64,000 bases of DNA from Psilocybe cubensis. Taxonomy: Eukaryota. The position numbers and the translations under genes were made by a program. The stretch is from the NCBI GenBank assembly GCA_017499595.2, contig CM039000.1, forward strand, positions 2,232,001 through 2,296,000. The letters are read 5' to 3'. The notes beneath the pieces are model-generated. The model did no database searches and was not told where the DNA came from. It worked only from the letters and a program-made list of their open reading frames with translations. Shown here piece by piece: positions 1 through 12,207 of the stretch. The first letter of the stretch is position 1, and the number at the start of each line of letters is the position of its first letter.

Positions 1-447
1 ATCAAGGACAGGGAGTTCAGAAGCAGAGATTTGTATACATTCGCGCGTATCTCTGAGTCCCTGCAGTTGGTCCCACAATCATGCAGAGGTTGATCACCAC
101 AGTTGATATCAGCGCCAATTTTGGCGAGTTGAAAGCATATGTCCATGCGTGTTGTCGGTCGCATGATCACCATAGGAATGATTTAAATAAAAGTGATTTA
201 GCATTCGGCGGTGAGCGAATGTGTATCGAAATGGGGAGATGTAATATTAAACGCACCCAGCCACAGCTGTCAGAACCGCTCCCCAGCGAAAAGAATCATA
301 AATCCCCCTCCACGCCCAAGTAAGCTGTAGGAGCACTGAGTCCTGCACAGAGAGAAATGCTGGGTAAGTGGACCGCGACGAGACCCTCGCTGGTTGTCCT
401 GGGTATTGGAACGACTGTGGTCGGGCTGCATATGGCGCTGCAGACAT
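1..447 (-). CDS. EI24 (etoposide-induced protein 2.4)-like membrane protein, 5' part; runs off the left edge
   Basis: ATG at 447 (MSAAPYAARP...LQLTWAWRGIYDSFRWGAVLTAVAG), intron 256-61 (GTGCGT...CTGCAG), next exon GDSEIRANVYKSLLLNSLSL, which resembles fungal EI24-family N-termini. An upstream in-frame ATG at 540 is possible. Confidence 0.65.
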
Positions 448-962
448 CAGTGGGATAATGTTGTCTGGTTGGCTGCAGAGAACTGGTAGGCTACGTGGTG
501 AATGAGGAGAAAGGCTGGAAATGCTAATATTAGAGCGCATGCTGTAGACCCTAACCCTAGATTGGGAGATGTCAAATGACTGGCAGCTCAAACACTTAAA
601 CTCCTTCATAATTTTAAATTTTCTAGTGTTTTAGATATTCAATCTCGTACGGTAGGGGTACATAATACGAACACCCTATCATTTGACCAGGAAATGCTAC
701 GCAGAATAGTAAAGTACGGTAGCAGAAGAAAAATGAAGTACATCGTACACCTTGGCTCCAATAAGTTAAGAGTACAAATAAAGAGAAACAGGAAGGAAAG
801 CAACAGACAAAAGAACTAGTAAGACAAAAAGACCAAAGGCGATAACGGACACAATATCGAGTAGACAGCGGCAAAGGGAGAAGATCACCGGGATGGGATA
901 GGCGGAATGAAAGATCATGCATTAGATGAAAAAGAGGAAAAAGGAATCCGGAGTCAAAATAT

Positions 963-2176
963 TTATGATCGCTTGGTCGTCTGTTTCTTGGGCGCTTTGG
1001 CAGCAGGTTTGGCGGCATCCTTCTTTGCGGGAGTAGCTTTCTTTACGGACGCTTTCTTAGCGGCGGTCTTAACCTTGGTGGTGGTAGTTTTGCCAGTAAC
1101 AGCCTAAAAGAATAAAAATAAATATGCGAAATCTAATTTAGGAGTTAAAGATGCACGAGCCTTCTTTGCTGGTGCTTTCTTGCTGGCAGCCATTGTCTTC
1201 TTTGTTGTGGATGCGGTTTTAGCTTTGGGTTTGCCAGCCAAAACTTTCTTGGGGGCGGGGGTCTTCTTCACGGCTGTGGTGGCTTTCGGTTTCGCGGGGG
1301 CAGCCTTCTTGGGAGCGGCCGTCTTCGTGGTGGAGGGTTTGGAAGCCTTGGGTTTGGCAGTAGTCGCAGAGGCCTTAGCAGCCTTAGGTTTAGACGCAGC
1401 GGCTTTGGGCTTGGTAGCGGGCTTGTTCTATACAAAGTAGATTAGCAATGAAGTGAATTGCGAAAGAAGTACATACCTCTTTGGCGGCGGACGAATCAGC
1501 AGCAGGTTTGGACTTGGGAGCAAGTTTGACTCGCCCAGAAAGACCTAAGTAACGGCGAGCATTAGCATACAGAATGATGTTATAGCCGGGTGGGCATATG
1601 CATACCCTTGGGCAGGAAGAAGACACCCTTCTCGGCGCCAGACGTAATAGCCTTGGATAACTGGTTGACCTGAGCAGCACCAATTTCAAGCTTATACTTG
1701 GTCTCAACATATCTACGAGCCGGGTCAGGCAAGTGCAATTGGATTGAATACGAAAAGCATGCACATACTTCTTGATTTGTGGGCGTGAGACTCCGATACG
1801 AGCATCCTCAGTGTTGGCAGCAATGCACTCCTATAGCAGATAGCAGAAGCGTTAGCTTATTATCCTCAAATTATATTAAAGCAGTGGGAGTGGTGCAGGA
1901 TGCATAATATAAAAACAATGATTGAAATACTAGATTTATGTGTCGATACACATACCCTATGCCCAGAGGCCAGGTATACAGTAGTAAAGATAAAAAAATA
2001 AAAGCAAGAGAGAAGAGCGGACATCAAGAAACTCTGATATATAGGGTACAAGATGGATGAATACCGACCTTAATCATATCAACCCATGTTGGGTGAGATG
2101 CAGCGGGCTTTGCGACAGAAGACTTCTTGACGGTGGGCTTAGCAGTGCCTGAGGCTTTCTTTGAGGCGGTGGACAT
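963..2176 (-). CDS. HHO1: Linker histone H1
   Basis: Spliced product MSTASKKASG...HPTWVDMIK/ECIAANTEDARIGVSRPQIKK...FFLPKG/LSGRVKLAPK (winged-helix globular domain), then a long K/A/P-rich tail ending KKQTTKRS* (TAA at 965-963). Confidence 0.93.
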
Positions 2177-2642
2177 TGCAAAATAATAAGTGGAGTTGAT
2201 AAACAGGTAGGGAGATTGGGGAAGATTAACGCTTAAGGCAGAGTAGCGGTGGTTTGAGTTGAACCTGGGGCGCAGAGGGGGGTCTGATAACAATTCTCGT
2301 CCTCCGTCTATTTATACTAACACGATCGCGTCGGTCACGTGTATTGAACTATTTCAATCAACAAACAAATCTCCGAGCTTCTAATGCAGCCAGTACTAAA
2401 CATTTTAACAAAATTTTTGCACATTCCGATAGCCAAGATAATAAAGTTTTATATCTGAAAGTTTTATACATCTCACTTTACAGATGCTGCTGTTAGCAGA
2501 TTTCTACGATCATTGTTGATTCAGAAACGCGGTAGAACGCGTAGACAAGCGAGGCAGTCACATGACCATCGGGATCCCTCCACCCATCCCAGCCAATCAG
2601 CGTTCTCCAGTTTTCGCCCCGTTTCTGCCTCTCCACCTCCCC

Positions 2643-3251
2643 ATGTCCATCGCCCCTGCTCTCAAAGCCGCTACCCGCTCTGCATATCGGGATGTGCTTC
2701 GCGCCGCATCGGTGACCTTCTCTGGTACATGGCAGTCATCCCATATTGTGTTCTGAACTGACAGATGTTACACAGGAGATCAGCAAGTGCTCCAAGGTTG
2801 GTCCTTACCTTGATACCCCTTCTTGGAGCTAATGTTTGTCCAGCTTTCCGTTTAAAAATTCGGAATGATATCAGTCAGAACTCAGCCACAGACCCGGAAG
2901 CATACCAGAAGCATAATCAATTTATAAAAGATGTTGCTCAGGTTTTGCGGAAGAACGTCGTTCAAGGCGTCCACATAAAGGAGCCGGGTGAGCATGATGG
3001 AGGCTCGCTTTATCGTAAGTGGGAATTAACTTCAAACATATCTATCCTGACCTCAGATATCAGGCATACGTATGACTAAGGATACTGAGCTTGGAGACAA
3101 TGATTCCATCAAGAACCCTCCACCCATTGAGTCCAGTCGCAGCGCCCGTCGGAAAGAAAAGGGCCAGCCACACAAGTGCGGATGAGCCTTATCTTAGCTT
3201 ACAACTGGAACGACCATTGATCAGGCATTTGTTAGATGCTGTTCCAACTGA
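2643..3251 (+). CDS. MZM1: Mitochondrial zinc maintenance protein 1 / LYRM7 (complex III Rieske chaperone)
   Basis: Spliced MSIAPALKAATRSAYRDVLRAASVTFSGD...VAQVLRKNVVQG...[17 protein letters not shown]...HKCCSN*. LYR-like AYR, LRKNVVQG and TELGDN motifs are typical of Mzm1. Last intron 3176-3235, stop 3249-3251. Confidence 0.9.
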
Positions 3252-3829
3252 TACTGACTTACCCTCTTCTTCTAATTCCCCTCCCCGTTATTTCTCTGCC
3301 CTCAAGAAAGCCCACAAAGAGCGTGTTATCCCAGAACTTCTAGAAGAAGACTTGGAAGAGCAATTTGTCAGAGGTACGCTTATATATTCCTTATAGTATC
3401 TTGCAGACGTTCAAATTTCCTCCAGGTAGTGGACCGGTATGTTCATGTCTGGTATCTTAGTTGGACTCAAAGCCATATTCGTGATAGGGCGGACAATCAA
3501 TCAATAAAACTGAAAATAACGTCCAATTGCTTCATAAGCCAACAGGTATCCGTGTGTCTTGTCAGGATACTCGTTCTCTTTCGCAGAATAGAAAATTGGC
3601 TCGAAAATGGCTCCTTGAGAAGGCGTGTTTGTCTCTATATTCCCTTCACGGACAAACAAGTTAACGCAATGCATTGCTGGTTTAGCTTGACCAATTAGCG
3701 AACCCGGGTCTGTCGAAAGAAGCGATGAAGGCTGCCAAACAACGCGAACGCGAGCGGCAAAGGAGAAAAAAGGCTAAGAAAAAAGCGCTGCAAAAGAATG
3801 CGCAGAATAGTAAAGATGATGCGGATTGA
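3100..3829 (+). CDS. Mitochondrial codon-independent peptidyl-tRNA hydrolase (RF-1 domain; C12orf65/mtRF-R/Pth3-like); start uncertain, interlocked with MZM1
   Basis: Spliced [69 protein letters not shown]...basic tail...DDAD*. GGQ motif intact; 11-nt micro-exon 3426-3436; TGA 3827-3829. Confidence 0.85.
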
Positions 3830-4023
3830 TAGACTATGAGGCTTCAATGATACTGGAGTTTAATGTTTACCGTAATCAATGGTTGCTAGTGAACTATTTC
3901 TAACCATTCTGTGCTACGGCATATTCCGACTGACTTAAGTCTTAAGTTACAACACTCCTATAATGTGCTTATATCCACATTACTCTTCGGGATCTGTAAT
4001 AAACTCCTCCAAGATCGACAACG

Positions 4024-6064
4024 ATGGCGAACGTGAATTCGAGCGGATTGCATTCGCTCGCTACCATAATTAAGCGGTAAGTTTCTTCCGATCGTCACTA
4101 GGATTTTAGAACCTATAGCTGAAGCCTGACGTGTCGCTGAAGCCTTGAAGCTGCGGCTTCCCGATTCGAAGATATCGCGCTCGCTATTGATCCATCGACT
4201 GGTTCGAATAGAATAGAACCCGTACAACAATCCAAGTCACCCGCTCAGGAGACATCTACTCCCCATGTCCCCTCAGCACCTCCACCACCTCCACCCCCAG
4301 CACCAGCTGTCGCGGCTCCTGCGGTTCAAGAGACACCAAAGAGTGTACTTTCATTCCATGAAAAGGTCGTCGATGCCAAGGTCAAGCCCTTCCTAGACTT
4401 CACCAAAAACTTTGCTGGTCCTAATGTCGTTGAGATTGTGCGTCAATTCTATCAGAGCGAATCCGTCGTCAAGCTGACAATGATGTTGACGTTTTGAAGA
4501 GTGCTCTAGTTCAAAAGCAGTATGAGATTCTAGGTGATTTCTTGGAACTGGTGTCATCCTGCACAAAGCCGGAACAGAAAACATTGGAGAATATCCTCGG
4601 TCCATTCCTCAAATCCATTGAAGCTATATCTCGTGCCAAGGAAGCCAACAGGCGTGACAGGGACTGGTTCTCGCACTTAACTATCCTAGCAGAGGGTGCA
4701 CCAATCATTGGATGGGTTATCAATGTGAGCATTTGCAATTATTACGTTCTGTGGCGCTAAATGACCATGGTTTTCGTCTAGCCCAAACCTGCACAATTTG
4801 TCGTCGATATCAAGGACACAGTCGTATACTACGGAAATAGGGTGAAACAAGAATACAAAGATAAGTAAGTAGATTGTCTCTTTCCGTGATTGTCATGCAA
4901 GAGTAACCCATGGTACCAGGAATCCTAAACACGTTGAATGGGTTAACCTGTATGTTGCGATCTTCGATGCCATGCAGGCATACATCAAAGAGTATCATGC
5001 TGCTGGCTTGGTGTGGAATTCGAAGGTGTGTAGTTATAGCCAAGTTAATGACGATTTCCTAATACCATTTCACCTCTACTAATCAAGGGTATCCCTGTTC
5101 AAGAATACAAAGCTCAGGGTTCAGCCGAAGCAGGTGGTGCTCCACCACCACCACCACCACCTCCTCCTCCTCCTGCCCCGGTACCTGCACCTGCACCCGC
5201 GACCGCACCTGCAACTGGTGCCGCAGCAGTATTCGCCGAACTCAACCGCGGAGAAGAGGTTACCAAAGGCCTCCGCAAGGTCGACAAGAGCGAAATGACG
5301 CACAAAAATCCGGCGCTAAGAGCTAGTAGTGTTGTCCCAGCATCAACATCGAGTTCAGCAGGTCGGCATTTTATCATGCTTTTTCAATATAATCCCTAAT
5401 CGCTTTACCGACTTTTATTCCAGTTAGTAAGAAACCTCTCAAACCATCCAAGCCACAGGCTCTTGCGGGGAAGAAACCCAGCAAACTTGCGTTGGAAGGA
5501 AACAAGTGGCTAGTGGTAAATATGGTGATCTATTCTTTCCGCAGCTTAGTTGACCTCTGTTCTCAAGGAATATTATGAAAACGAGACTTTGACGATCGAC
5601 CAAACGGAAATCAGCCAATCTGTCAACGTGTACGGTTGCAAAAACACAATCGTTATCATCAAGGGGAAAGTCAATGCGGTCAATATTCGTACGTTCACAA
5701 CCTTTGCCTTATCTGTTTCATACTAATACACTATCATACCCCAGTCAAGGGCTCGAAGACCTCCGTTCTCGTCGATTCGGTTGTGGCTTCTATCTCCATT
5801 ACGGACTCACCATCCTTCCAACTGCAAATCACCGGAACTGCGCCAATGATCCAACTTGACTCAACCGACTCTGGTCAGATTTACCTGTCAAAGCACAGTC
5901 TCAACGCCGAAATCACAACCGCCAAATGCAGCGCGATCAATGTTAGTTTGCCTGTTGCTGGAGAGGAGGAGGGTATCTTTGAAGAGCAACCTGTTCCTGA
6001 GATGTTCAAAACAGTTATTAAGGACGGCAAGCTTGTCACCACAATTGTGGAGCACGCTGGCTGA
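4024..6064 (+). CDS. SRV2: Adenylyl cyclase-associated protein (CAP)
   Basis: N-terminal LATIIKRLEAAASRFEDIA (RLE motif), helical domain, poly-Pro, WH2-like AVFAELNRGEEVTKGLRKVDKSEMTHKNP, and C-terminal CARP domain ending IVEHAG*. Confidence 0.95.
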
Positions 6065-6476
6065 ATTTTCTTTGCTAATTATACCTGATCAGATATCCTT
6101 CAAATATTTCTCTGGAACAAAATAGTATATGCTTACATTGCTCTGCTCATAATGATTATACCAAATCCATTTCTTCTTTGGCCTGAAAAAGATGCCTTTC
6201 CCTGCCTTTATGCCGAGTCTGAACCATTGAATATGTAGCACAAGCCACTGCTCCAGGATGATTGGTAGATACCATAGTGCAGAATTGTGCGGATACCTCT
6301 GAGGCTTGTGGACGCGTGTTGGTCACATCACGTGCTCTTGTTGCGACGCGCGAAGTTTGATCGCGAAGGTGAGTCAACTTCAACTCGTTCAACACGGTTC
6401 GAAGTTCCTACTGCCTTTCAAGTACATCCGCTTCACATTTTTCATACATAAGCGCCTGGTATCTCAATAGGAAACG

Positions 6477-7301
6477 ATGATCGACGTTCAGGATGCAACG
6501 TAAGAACGTCCAACCCAAGGTCAAAAGTTTGCCTAAACAATCTAATTCTAATTTCTTTTCCAGGAAACTCATCCGGGACATGTTGCCTATCATAGATCCT
6601 GATGAAGATTACCTTACTATTGTTGCTGCAGAGGAGCAAATCAGTGCATCTGAGGCACGACGCAAGAAGGAATTCGAGGAGGCCCTTACAAATCTAAAAG
6701 GTCAAACCACTTGGTCCAACTCGTTTCTTGCTCACACGCATCACCTTTGAATAGCCCTATCAAAGGTTTTGGAGGCAGCACGTATATCATCTACAAGACC
6801 CGGGTCTGTTCCTTCCGAACAAGCTCATGCTACTACTTTGAATGAGCTTGATGGTACCAAGATATCTCTCGCCAAAGCCATCAGTGATGCAGAGACTGCA
6901 CTGGGTAGCAAAGAAGCAGAACTGTCCGCTCTGAAAGAGGATGCAAGAAAACTCGAAGTGTATGATCCTGCAGCGGAACACGAGAAAGAATTAGATGGCA
7001 GCACGTAGGTGTTTTCGAACTTGACATGCGATATAGTGTTACTCATTCAATCACGATATTCTTCTAGCCTGAGACTGGCGATTTACAAAGCAATTGGATT
7101 TGAGCCAATACTGGATAAGAACGGAAATATCAAAAAAATGCTCGTCAGTGCGTGTCCTGTTTGAGCCAATATCACTGTCCCAATACCAATTTTGCTTCAA
7201 TCACAGCCGCGCGATCGGGCGATGTCCATTCAGTTGACTTTAACACTGAGAAAAGCGACCTAGAATGTACAGAACTCCTATGGAAGCTCGTAAACTCGTG
7301 A
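6477..7301 (+). CDS. SPC24: Kinetochore Ndc80-complex subunit Spc24-like
   Basis: Spliced MIDVQDATKLIRDML..., coiled coil, then LRLAIYKAIGFEP...GDVHSVDF...ECTELLWKLVNS*, matching the Spc24 globular C-terminal pattern. Start approximate. Confidence 0.75.
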
Positions 7302-7537
7302 TAATCCTCGGACCCTTCCCCATACAATGCTACCCATCATTTCCTTTTGAAACTATCTTTATTTGTATTCCTGTAGACAACTGTAACATAAGAAAATGGA
7401 TGTACTACCAACGCAAAGTTCGGGATAAATTAAACCGTGGAGAGAGCAGAAAGTGTTGTGTAGAATGAATATTTGGCGAGGAAACATATGTCACAAAAGG
7501 TATAGATCTGACGGTCTCTACGTGTACACATTATTGT

Positions 7538-10431
7538 TTAAGATTCTGTTTGCTGCTGCTGGTTCGATGTGAATGAGCATCCAGTCAAGTGCCAAATTTG
7601 CAGAGAATGATTCACCAGCAATGCAGGTTTGATTATCCAAACTTTCTTCTCTTTGCACTTTTCTCCCACTTCCCGAACTTTCGCTTCAATAGCAGTCTTC
7701 TTCACTTTGTGCTCTTTGAGGTCCAAATAAATGGATTCCACAAGAGCTGTGATACTTGAAGCTTGTATTTGGGTGAATTTTGCCATAAGTAATGGCATAT
7801 ATACTTCCGGAAAAGTAAACTTCGTTGTAGGTTGCACCTTTTTGGCGACCAGAGGGGCGATAGTGGGTGTATTTGTCGACAAATCTGTACCTGAGTTCCC
7901 TATCGAGGTATTTGTTATTGACGTCAATCTGGGAGGAAGAGCTGGAATAGCAAATGCTGATTCAGTGGGGACAGCATTATTGATTGCATTTCGCGAGCGA
8001 TAGTCTTCAATGCATGTGGACACGAAGGTAAATGGATCGATAGATAGAGGCGTATCTAGTGTCCATGTTGAGAAGTATATGCACAGATGAAGGTAAAGTA
8101 ACTGACCATTAAAAAGTTGAATGGCATACGGTCTGAACGGTTCATAATCGCATTGACCGATAACTGTCTCCAAAACAGGTCCCTTCGCAAAAGGGACAAG
8201 AGGCACAACCACTTTCCGCCTTTTACCGATTTTTCTCTCTCCCTCATCAGCCTTTCTTTTCGATGGTGCGGACGTAGGGAAATCAAGTATGGGTGGAGGA
8301 GAGGAATCATGAAGTAGGGCCAAGTTTGGATCTTCATCATCGTCTACAAGCCAACTATCCAGGTCAGAATCCTGTTCATCTCCGTCTACATCTTCTTCGT
8401 CTCCGTCGTCAACCACATCTTCTCCGACTGGTTCCTCTTCCCACTCCTCTCCGCTGTCGTACGCGTAATCGAAAACCAAAGTATCTTTGGCAAACGGTGT
8501 CCGTGGTCCAATGATACGTGAACTACGGGTCCAGGTTCCAAAGTAACCGGGACGAGCGTCAGTGTGGAAACAAAATGCTTTTGCAGGTAGTAGTTCGCGG
8601 TCATTAAGTTTTGCCAGTAACGACCTGACCAGATCGTCGTTGCCACTGACTTCAGCCTCAGACAATTCCGCCATGAGATCCCGCACAGTCACAGGATTGT
8701 ATACCCGAAACCCAGCCTTTAAGGCATCAAACCGCCGATGCAGCACGCGCGTAGGCGTAGCACCAGGCGGTAGGGAGGCCAGTATACTATTTAGATGCTC
8801 TGACGAAAATTCTTCAGGTCATCGTAACATTAAGCCGACTAAGATTCCCACCTTGATTTGACGCCCCTTCCAGGTTGGTCTCTGTGGAAGACGAGCCTTG
8901 TTCCTCATCTTTCATGTCTTCATCGCTGTCTATAACAATCACTTCTTGTCCAGTAGGAAGGGCCGCTTTCCTTTTACGTCTCTTCTCATCCAAGAACCAA
9001 TTAGCCGGCGCCATGACCTTGTCCTTCTGCAGTACAAAAGGTTTGAAAACCTTCTCGAAATCGGACTGTATCCTCGAAGGGCCAGCAACAGCACTTTCAT
9101 ATTGAGATTTTGTTACTCGCGATGGTGACTTCGGTTTGACAAAAAACTTCGCCATAATAGACTGAGACTTAGAGTGCGCATCCTTTTCTTTCTTCTCCTT
9201 CTCAGCTTTAGCTGCTTTCTTCTCCAGTTTCTCTTTTTCCTATACCGTCGTTTAGCTTGATAATGAACTATGTAGATTGTAGATCTGACCTTTGCAATCT
9301 TTTCGGGGTCCTGGACCTTTTCTTTCTTAGGTCTGGGTTGCTTAGTGGTGGGCTTCATGCCGAGACATGGTAAACGATCTGAAGAACTGTTAAGAGGAAA
9401 ACGTACCGTTTCGCTTTCAGGCTCCTCCTCCCTTTTCTTGCCCTGCTTTTTGGAAGATTGTGGTGTGATTTTGGTGACATCCAATTTACCATCTACCGTC
9501 GAGATGCTGGAATCTTTTGCCTGAACTTTGCCTGCACCCTTGGGGTCGATGATTGCGTCGCGTTCTTTCTGTGAGTAAGTTTCAAAAATAGCTTTGAGTT
9601 CTTCTTTAGCCTATATAGCTGTCAAAATTGTTTGCATATCCACAATGCAACGACATACTTGGATGCGCTCTGCCTGTCGCAACTCGGCTTTCCCTATGCT
9701 GTTCTTAGGCAACCAGCTAATGTGGTCAGGCTTCACCTCCCATCTCCATACACAAATGGCGGCAGGTGGTTTGACTCCCAAAGGTACGTCAATCCCGTAG
9801 TTATTACGAGTCATTATCTCTTGAATGGCACATTCAATGAGATGAACAGGAAGAACAGCAGATGTGGCGGGCGCGACAGCGTCGTGTGCAGCTGGTAAGA
9901 GCTCTTGATGTACATATTTTGCAAGTGCATTCAGGGTTTTGTCACTAAGGGTCATGTGAGATGGGATTGGATTGGTGCCACATCGTTAGGAGCACGGACC
10001 TTTCATGTGCTAATTTCGCGATTAGAGGTTTGAATTCCTCCGGGAAAACAGAAAAGGATTCTTTGGCATTAATTTTATCCTCCAGCATGGATCGAAATTT
10101 GACTATATCTGAAACGAATAGAATAAACATCGCGGCCATACACCGGCCGGAATGGACATACCTTGTAGGGTCTCCGATTGCTTCTCGAAAGAGACAGGTT
10201 TCTGTCTGAAAATTACCTTTCCATTCTTTAATTCAGCAATTGGTTGTTTGTCCTGTTTCTCTGCAGGGGTATGACGCGTTCAGAACATCGGTACGACCAT
10301 TGGTAGGCGCGCTCACTCACTCTCAGTCGAAGGCGAAGGTTGTTTGTTAGCTAGATGACACGCATATTAGAGTTCTGTGACGCGCAATTCATTGTGATAA
10401 CATTACCTTTGGGCGTTTCGGGGCCCGACAT
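7538..10431 (-). CDS. RLF2: Chromatin assembly factor 1 large subunit (Cac1/Rlf2/CHAF1A)
   Basis: KER-rich stretch, PIP-like MAKFF, FHTDARPGYFGTW and FDYAYDSGEEWEEE motifs, acidic ED region, C-terminal winged helix. ATG at 10431 (MSGPETPK). Confidence 0.9.
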
Positions 10432-10530
10432 CGCGACAGAGTGCACGGTGACGAGAAGGAGGATGTGGATTAGGCTCAACACGACGCGGGACGGCCAGAT
10501 GTGTCAAAAAGTATTCGTGGGAATCACCAA

Positions 10531-10560
10531 ACGCGTCGTGACTACGTCTTTGTCACGCGT
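10531..10560. promoter_or_regulatory. MCB (ACGCGT) elements in the CAF-1/RFC2 divergent promoter
   Basis: Perfect ACGCGT at 10531-10536 and 10555-10560, inside the 162-bp gap between two replication genes. Confidence 0.6.
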
Positions 10561-10593
10561 TCGTGACACCACTCTACTCAACCGCGTACCACT

Positions 10594-11945
10594 ATGGCGT
10601 CCAGCTTTTTCGCAGCAAAGGCAACGTCTTCCTCAAAATTAACGTCAAAGCAACGGGTAGAACCTGCTCTACAACCATGGGTAGAAAAATAGTATGGTTA
10701 CCTGTCTTTTGATCCGGAAACTCACAGCTCAACTTCTAACAGTCGACCAAAAACAATTGACGACATATCTGCTCAAGAACACACTGTTGCGGTTCTTCGC
10801 AAAACACTCACTTCTACTAATGTGTGTACATCATTACTGTACAAAAGCTATGCTAATGTATGTTTTTTTAGCTGCCCCATATGTTATTCTATGGCCCTCC
10901 GGGTACGGGCAAGACCTCAACCATTCTCGCTCTTGCACGTCAGCTCTTCGGCCCTGACAACTTCAGAAATCGTGTTCTGGAACTAAACGCATCCGATGAG
11001 CGAGGTATTAACATTGTACGCGACAAAATAAAAAACTTCGCTCGTCAAACACCCAGAGCAGAGACAGTTGCCTCGGACGGCAAAGTATATCCATGTCCGC
11101 CTTACAAAATCATCATCCTTGACGAAGCCGACTCTATGACACAAGATGCACAAGGTGCTCTTCGACGAATAATGGAAACCTACGCTCGCATCACACGATT
11201 CTGCTTGGTATGTAATTACGTGACCCGGTGTGTGACGATTTATTTATTCTTTGCAAGTTGTTTCGTTCGAGTCTAACACACAAGATCATAGAATTATAGA
11301 ACCGTTGGCTTCCCGCTGTTCGAAATTTCGGTTTACACCACTTGATTCCGATTCGGCTGCCCTTCGTCTTTCACATATCGCACAAGCAGAGGAAATAGAT
11401 GTCGACAAAGCTGTAATCGACGAACTCATCTCAACATCTGCTGGTGACCTCCGACGCGCAATTACCTATCTGCAGTCCGCGTCACGGTTATCCTCTTCGT
11501 CAACCCCAGCGACCAAGATCAAACCGGTCGATATTCAGGAAATAGCTGGAGTTGTTCCAACAGCTGTCATCGAGGATTTCGCGAGAATCCTTGGTATCGA
11601 GGTGCAAAACGACATGGTTGTAGACGATTCCCCACCACGTGTTGATGGTCGAGGTGGATTTGAGCCCATAAAGAAATACGTCAAATTTCTAATGAGAGAG
11701 GGCTACTCTGCTACCCAGATCATTTCTCAAGTAAGTATTGGAACTGTTGTTTATAAGATGCCTGTTTAACTGTATCCTCGTAGGTACATGATTTAGTCAC
11801 CTTCCACCCTACTCTTAACGGGCGCAAAAAGTCCAAATGCGCCCTTGTCTTTGCAGAGGCCGATAAGGCACTTTGCGATGGTGCAGATGAGGAACTATGG
11901 GTAATGGAAGTTGGATTGCGTGTCAACAAAGCCGTTCTTTCATAG
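10594..11945 (+). CDS. RFC2: Replication factor C small subunit (yeast Rfc2 / human RFC4)
   Basis: [47 protein letters not shown] and GDLRRAI motifs; ends KAVLS* (TAG 11943-11945). Confidence 0.95.
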
Positions 11946-12207
11946 TCCCATCTCAAAGTCCTTAGCATAATCTAGTTTGCGCTAATTGGTCATACACTAT
12001 GAACTCATTAGAAGACAAGGCAAAGCGCTTTTTTCATTCATCATTTCATCATGGTATTACACAGCGCCTCTGTCAATCTGGTACTGGTAGATCATACACG
12101 ACCGAAACGTCTTTTTGATATGCAAAAATTGAATTGAAGAAAGCAAACGACTGAAGTAAAAAAAGCGACACAACAAGATCTACACTCCCCTGACCAAACC
12201 AACTGAT

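Noticed and set aside
548-559. Two telomere-type repeats ACCCTAACCCTA upstream of the EI24-like gene
   Set aside because: Only two units; compatible with chance or a simple promoter motif, and not a telomere.
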